Shown one piece after another: positions 60,857 through 64,000 of a stretch of DNA of 64,000 nt; positions within the stretch are counted from its first letter, which is position 1; the number at the start of each line of letters is the position of its first letter. The position numbers and the translations under genes were made by a program. The stretch comes from Candidatus Atabeyarchaeum deiterrae. Its GTDB lineage: Archaea > Asgardarchaeota > Atabeyarchaeia > Atabeyarchaeales > Atabeyarchaeaceae. Below the pieces are notes generated by a model. It saw only the letters and a list, made by a program, of their open reading frames with translations. It was not told where the DNA came from and ran no database searches. The stretch is from positions 864,001 through 928,000 of the forward strand of contig CP147780.1 of NCBI GenBank assembly GCA_037310415.1, in the 5' to 3' direction.

Positions 60857-62404
60857 GTGAGTAATATGTCATGTTCAGGTACGCTTTCTCTGCCACATAC
60901 TACAAAGAGCGTATGCCCAGAGTGTCTCAAGGTTATTGACGCTGAGATCAAGGAGAAGAACGGAAAAGTAATTATTGAGAAGACATGCAAAGAGCACGGG
61001 ACCTTCACCGACACCTACTGGTCAGACGCTAATTACTTCAAGAGGGCCACAGAGCAAGACTACCCCGGGTGCGGGGTCGAAAATCCTAGAACCGAAACCA
61101 AGAAAGGATGTCCTTATGATTGTGGATTGTGCCCTAATCACAAGTCTCACACAGCTCTAGCTTTGATTGATGTTACGAACAGATGCAACCTTCGTTGTCC
61201 CATCTGCTTCGCTAACGCCGCCCATGCTGGCTACGTCTATGAACCCTCACTAGACGAGATACGCCAAATCCTCGTTAACTTTAAGAGTAACATGCCAGTG
61301 CCAGCCCCCGCTGTCCAGTTTGCTGGTGGTGAGCCAACCATAAGAAAAGACTTCCCAGAGATAGTCAAGATTGCTAGACAAGTTGGATTCAGTCACGTTG
61401 AGATCGCGACGAACGGAATAAGAATCGCGCAAGACTTTAATTTTGCCAAGGCCGTGAAAGAGGCTGGACTAAGCACCCTCTATCTGCAGTTTGATGGTGT
61501 GACACCTGAACCATTCATAGCTGCTAGAGGAAGGAATCTGCTACCGATGAAATTGAAAACCCTGGAGAACTGTAGAAAAGCAGGACTACATAGCATAGTT
61601 CTAGTTCCAACAATAGTAAAGGGAGTAAACGACCATCAAATCGGTGACATAGTTCGTTTCGCCATCAAAAACAAGGACATCGTTAGGGGAATAAACTTCC
61701 AGCCTGTCTCGATAACGGGGCGCATCGATAAAGAAGAAAGAGAAAAAATGAGGATTACAATACCAGACGTCTCAAAGCTTATGGAGCAACAGACAAATGG
61801 CATGATTAAGGCGGAAGACTTCTACACTTGTTGCTCGACTGTTCCACTAAGCAGAGTTCTTGGGCCACTTACAGGCAAGCAGGGAGTTGAGTTCTCATGT
61901 CACCCAGCATGTGGAGTTGCAACATATCTCTTCATTGAGGAGGATGGCACCGTCAACCCCATAACACACTACGTCGACTACATCGGATTAATAAAGGAGC
62001 TAAACAAGCGCCAGCAGGAGGGAACACTCGAAGGTCAACTTCTTGACGTCGTAGAAAAATTCGTCAAAGACGAGTCGATCGCAGATATGTTACAAACTAT
62101 ATTTACAGACCCTTCATATGAAGCACTAGGAAAGTATAGTCGATCAGCAATACTAGTCGGTTCAATGCACTTCATGGATCCATTCAATTTTGACGGCGAG
62201 AGAGTCTGCAGATGCGTCATACACTATGGTGTCCCTGCCAAAAAGGGTGTTCCCGGACCAATAATACCCTTCTGTGCAATGAACTCGATCCACCGCCCAG
62301 TAGTCGAGAAAGCTCTGGGAACCCCAATTGACCAATGGGTGAAAAGTCACAAAGGCGTTACTGTCGGTCCAAGTGAAGTGGGCGGGATTGTAGAAAAGGC
62401 ATAG
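60857..62404 (+). CDS. tes: Tetraether lipid synthase (GDGT macrocyclase) family radical SAM enzyme
   Basis: N-terminal CPEC..CKEHG, CPYDCGLCPNH, VTNRCNLRCPICFANA, FQPVS, CHPACG, CVIHY..IPFC. Confidence 0.85.
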   Translation: MSNMSCSGTLSLPHTTKSVCPECLKVIDAEIKEKNGKVIIEKTCKEHGTFTDTYWSDANYFKRATEQDYPGCGVENPRTETKKGCPYDCGLCPNHKSHTALALIDVTNRCNLRCPICFANAAHAGYVYEPSLDEIRQILVNFKSNMPVPAPAVQFAGGEPTIRKDFPEIVKIARQVGFSHVEIATNGIRIAQDFNFAKAVKEAGLSTLYLQFDGVTPEPFIAARGRNLLPMKLKTLENCRKAGLHSIVLVPTIVKGVNDHQIGDIVRFAIKNKDIVRGINFQPVSITGRIDKEEREKMRITIPDVSKLMEQQTNGMIKAEDFYTCCSTVPLSRVLGPLTGKQGVEFSCHPACGVATYLFIEEDGTVNPITHYVDYIGLIKELNKRQQEGTLEGQLLDVVEKFVKDESIADMLQTIFTDPSYEALGKYSRSAILVGSMHFMDPFNFDGERVCRCVIHYGVPAKKGVPGPIIPFCAMNSIHRPVVEKALGTPIDQWVKSHKGVTVGPSEVGGIVEKA

Positions 62405-62771
62405 GCGACCGGTTCGAGGAGAAGAACTGGAACACCCTTAACCCTTTTTGGTCTGATCTTGGTTTTCTTACGGTTGGAGCTATTTCCTGCTAGAATTCAC
62501 CTGTTTTGATCGAGCAGCTGAGACGGAGTTGAAGGTGACATGACTTTCTTGGAAATCAGATGCACTTTTGTTCTTTTTGATGATTCCAATCTTCAGTTGT
62601 TCAAAATGTCGGATGAAAAACCATCCCCATTAGAGAAGATCTTGGAAAACTTAGCGGTTTCAAGGTTGTATCTAAATAGCCACGATTTTGGCCTTCGCGC
62701 ATGATCAAATATATGTACGAAAGCACATTACACATATCTTCAATACATAGCAACAGAGGTGCTCCCCAACT

Positions 62772-63713
62772 TTGCTGGTCACTGCGCTGAGCGGCGGTGT
62801 CGGAGGCGCCAAACTCGTACTCGGTTTATCGAAACTCCTAGAGCGTGGGGAGTTAGTGGTCGTCGGGAATACTGGTGACGACTTTGATCTTTTCGGTTTG
62901 CACATTTCGCCTGACCTCGATATTCTGATGTACACATTAGCTGGGATAGCCGATGAAGTGAACGGCTGGGGAGTCAAAGATGACACTTTCAACTGTCTGG
63001 TTGCTCTGAATGAGAATTTTGGCCTGGAGAAATGGTTTAATCTCGGGGACAAAGACCTTGCCACCCATATCTATCGAACTGAGCTCCTGAAAGGAGGCTA
63101 CAAACTCTCGCGAACAACAGAGACACTTTGCTCGTCACTACATGCTAACAATGTGAGAATAATTCCTATGACCGATGATAAGGTTGAGACATTAGTTAAG
63201 CTACAAGATGGGTCAATAGTTCACTTTGAAGAATACTTCGTTAAGAGACGTTCTAGCGAGCCAATCACGGGAGTCACATACAATGGTTCAGAGTCAGCTC
63301 GACCTGCCAAGGGCGTTCTGGAAAGTATAGCGCGATCCGATGTTATAGTCGTATGTCCGAGCAATCCAATCGCTTCGATAGGACCGATACTGTCGATCAA
63401 GGCGATAAGAAAAGCATTAAGCAATACGAAGTCCCCTGTTGTTGCGGTAAGTCCGATAATTGGTGGGATGCCTCTGAAAGGTCCTGCAGATAAGTTCATG
63501 AGGGGACTAGGGCTAGAAGTCTCAGCCTTGGGCGTAGCCAAGCTTTACATGGACATCTTAACCCACTTCATAATCGATGATAAGGATGCCCCACTAAAAG
63601 AAGCGATAAACTCAATTGGTTTAAGCACGATTGTGACAAATACTATTATGAACACTCTAGAAGACAAAGTCAGATTGGCTAGAGCTATCCTCAACTTGGT
63701 TCAAAAGAGTTGA
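62772..63713 (+). CDS. cofD: 2-phospho-L-lactate transferase (F420 biosynthesis)
   Basis: LSGGVGGAK, NTGDD, PDLD, LGDKD, PSNP..SIGPIL, KGPA. Confidence 0.94.
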   Translation: MLVTALSGGVGGAKLVLGLSKLLERGELVVVGNTGDDFDLFGLHISPDLDILMYTLAGIADEVNGWGVKDDTFNCLVALNENFGLEKWFNLGDKDLATHIYRTELLKGGYKLSRTTETLCSSLHANNVRIIPMTDDKVETLVKLQDGSIVHFEEYFVKRRSSEPITGVTYNGSESARPAKGVLESIARSDVIVVCPSNPIASIGPILSIKAIRKALSNTKSPVVAVSPIIGGMPLKGPADKFMRGLGLEVSALGVAKLYMDILTHFIIDDKDAPLKEAINSIGLSTIVTNTIMNTLEDKVRLARAILNLVQKS

Positions 63714-63718
63714 GATTA

Positions 63719-64000
63719 TTGATTCCACATGCAGATGTAGTCATTCCTGTGAAGAAGCTAACACAGTCGAAAACCCGCCTCTCAGACACTCTTAGCTTGG
63801 AACAAAGAGAGGAACTCGTACTGGTCATGCTGGAGGATGTACTAGCTTCTCTACACAAATCAAACCTCATAGACCAGATAGTCGTAGTGACCCCAGACAG
63901 AATTGTTGCGGATCATGCAACAGACTTTGATGCCAAAACCATTATCGACTCAGACAGCTACGACATCAACGAATCACTGGCGAAGGTCAGAACGAGAGGT
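63719..64000 (+). CDS. cofC: 2-phospho-L-lactate guanylyltransferase, 3'-truncated by window edge
   Basis: VIPVKKLTQSKTRLS..L..R..LV..MLEDVL; follows cofD. Confidence 0.85.
   Translation, partial: MIPHADVVIPVKKLTQSKTRLSDTLSLEQREELVLVMLEDVLASLHKSNLIDQIVVVTPDRIVADHATDFDAKTIIDSDSYDINESLAKVRTRG

Noticed and set aside
1-64000. CRISPR arrays, rRNA, complete tRNAs (including tRNA-Sec), transposases
   Set aside because: None recognisable by eye; a covariance search could still reveal small RNAs.

Overview
Archaeal genomic window, probably Asgard-type (inferred from eukaryote-like SECIS elements, split Vhu hydrogenase, Mer, CofCD and Tes). It is mostly core anaerobic metabolism: MetV/MetF paralogs with Mer, IorAB with ADP-forming acyl-CoA ligase, VhuAUG/MvhD-HdrABC, a group-4 complex-I-like [NiFe] hydrogenase split around selD, scattered A/V-ATPase genes, thiolase/DUF35, tetraether synthase and F420 biosynthesis. 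Main hidden signals: (1) a 53-nt intron with a canonical bulge-helix-bulge (55007-55059) interrupts the CxxxCxxC motif of a radical-SAM gene, and its removal restores both the frame and the motif, implying tRNA-endonuclease-type mRNA splicing; (2) two selenoproteins missed or truncated by the ORF track (VhuU, SelD), with three eukaryote-type 3' SECIS hairpins, two in tandem behind vhuU; (3) apparent near-cognate start codons (ATT, ACG, TTA); (4) a decaying archaeal mevalonate cluster (UbiD-type decarboxylase pseudogene, frameshifted dehydratase small subunit); (5) an AT-rich islet of micro-ORFs and pseudogenes beside a tRNA-3'-end-like scar. All calls were made by eye, without database searches.
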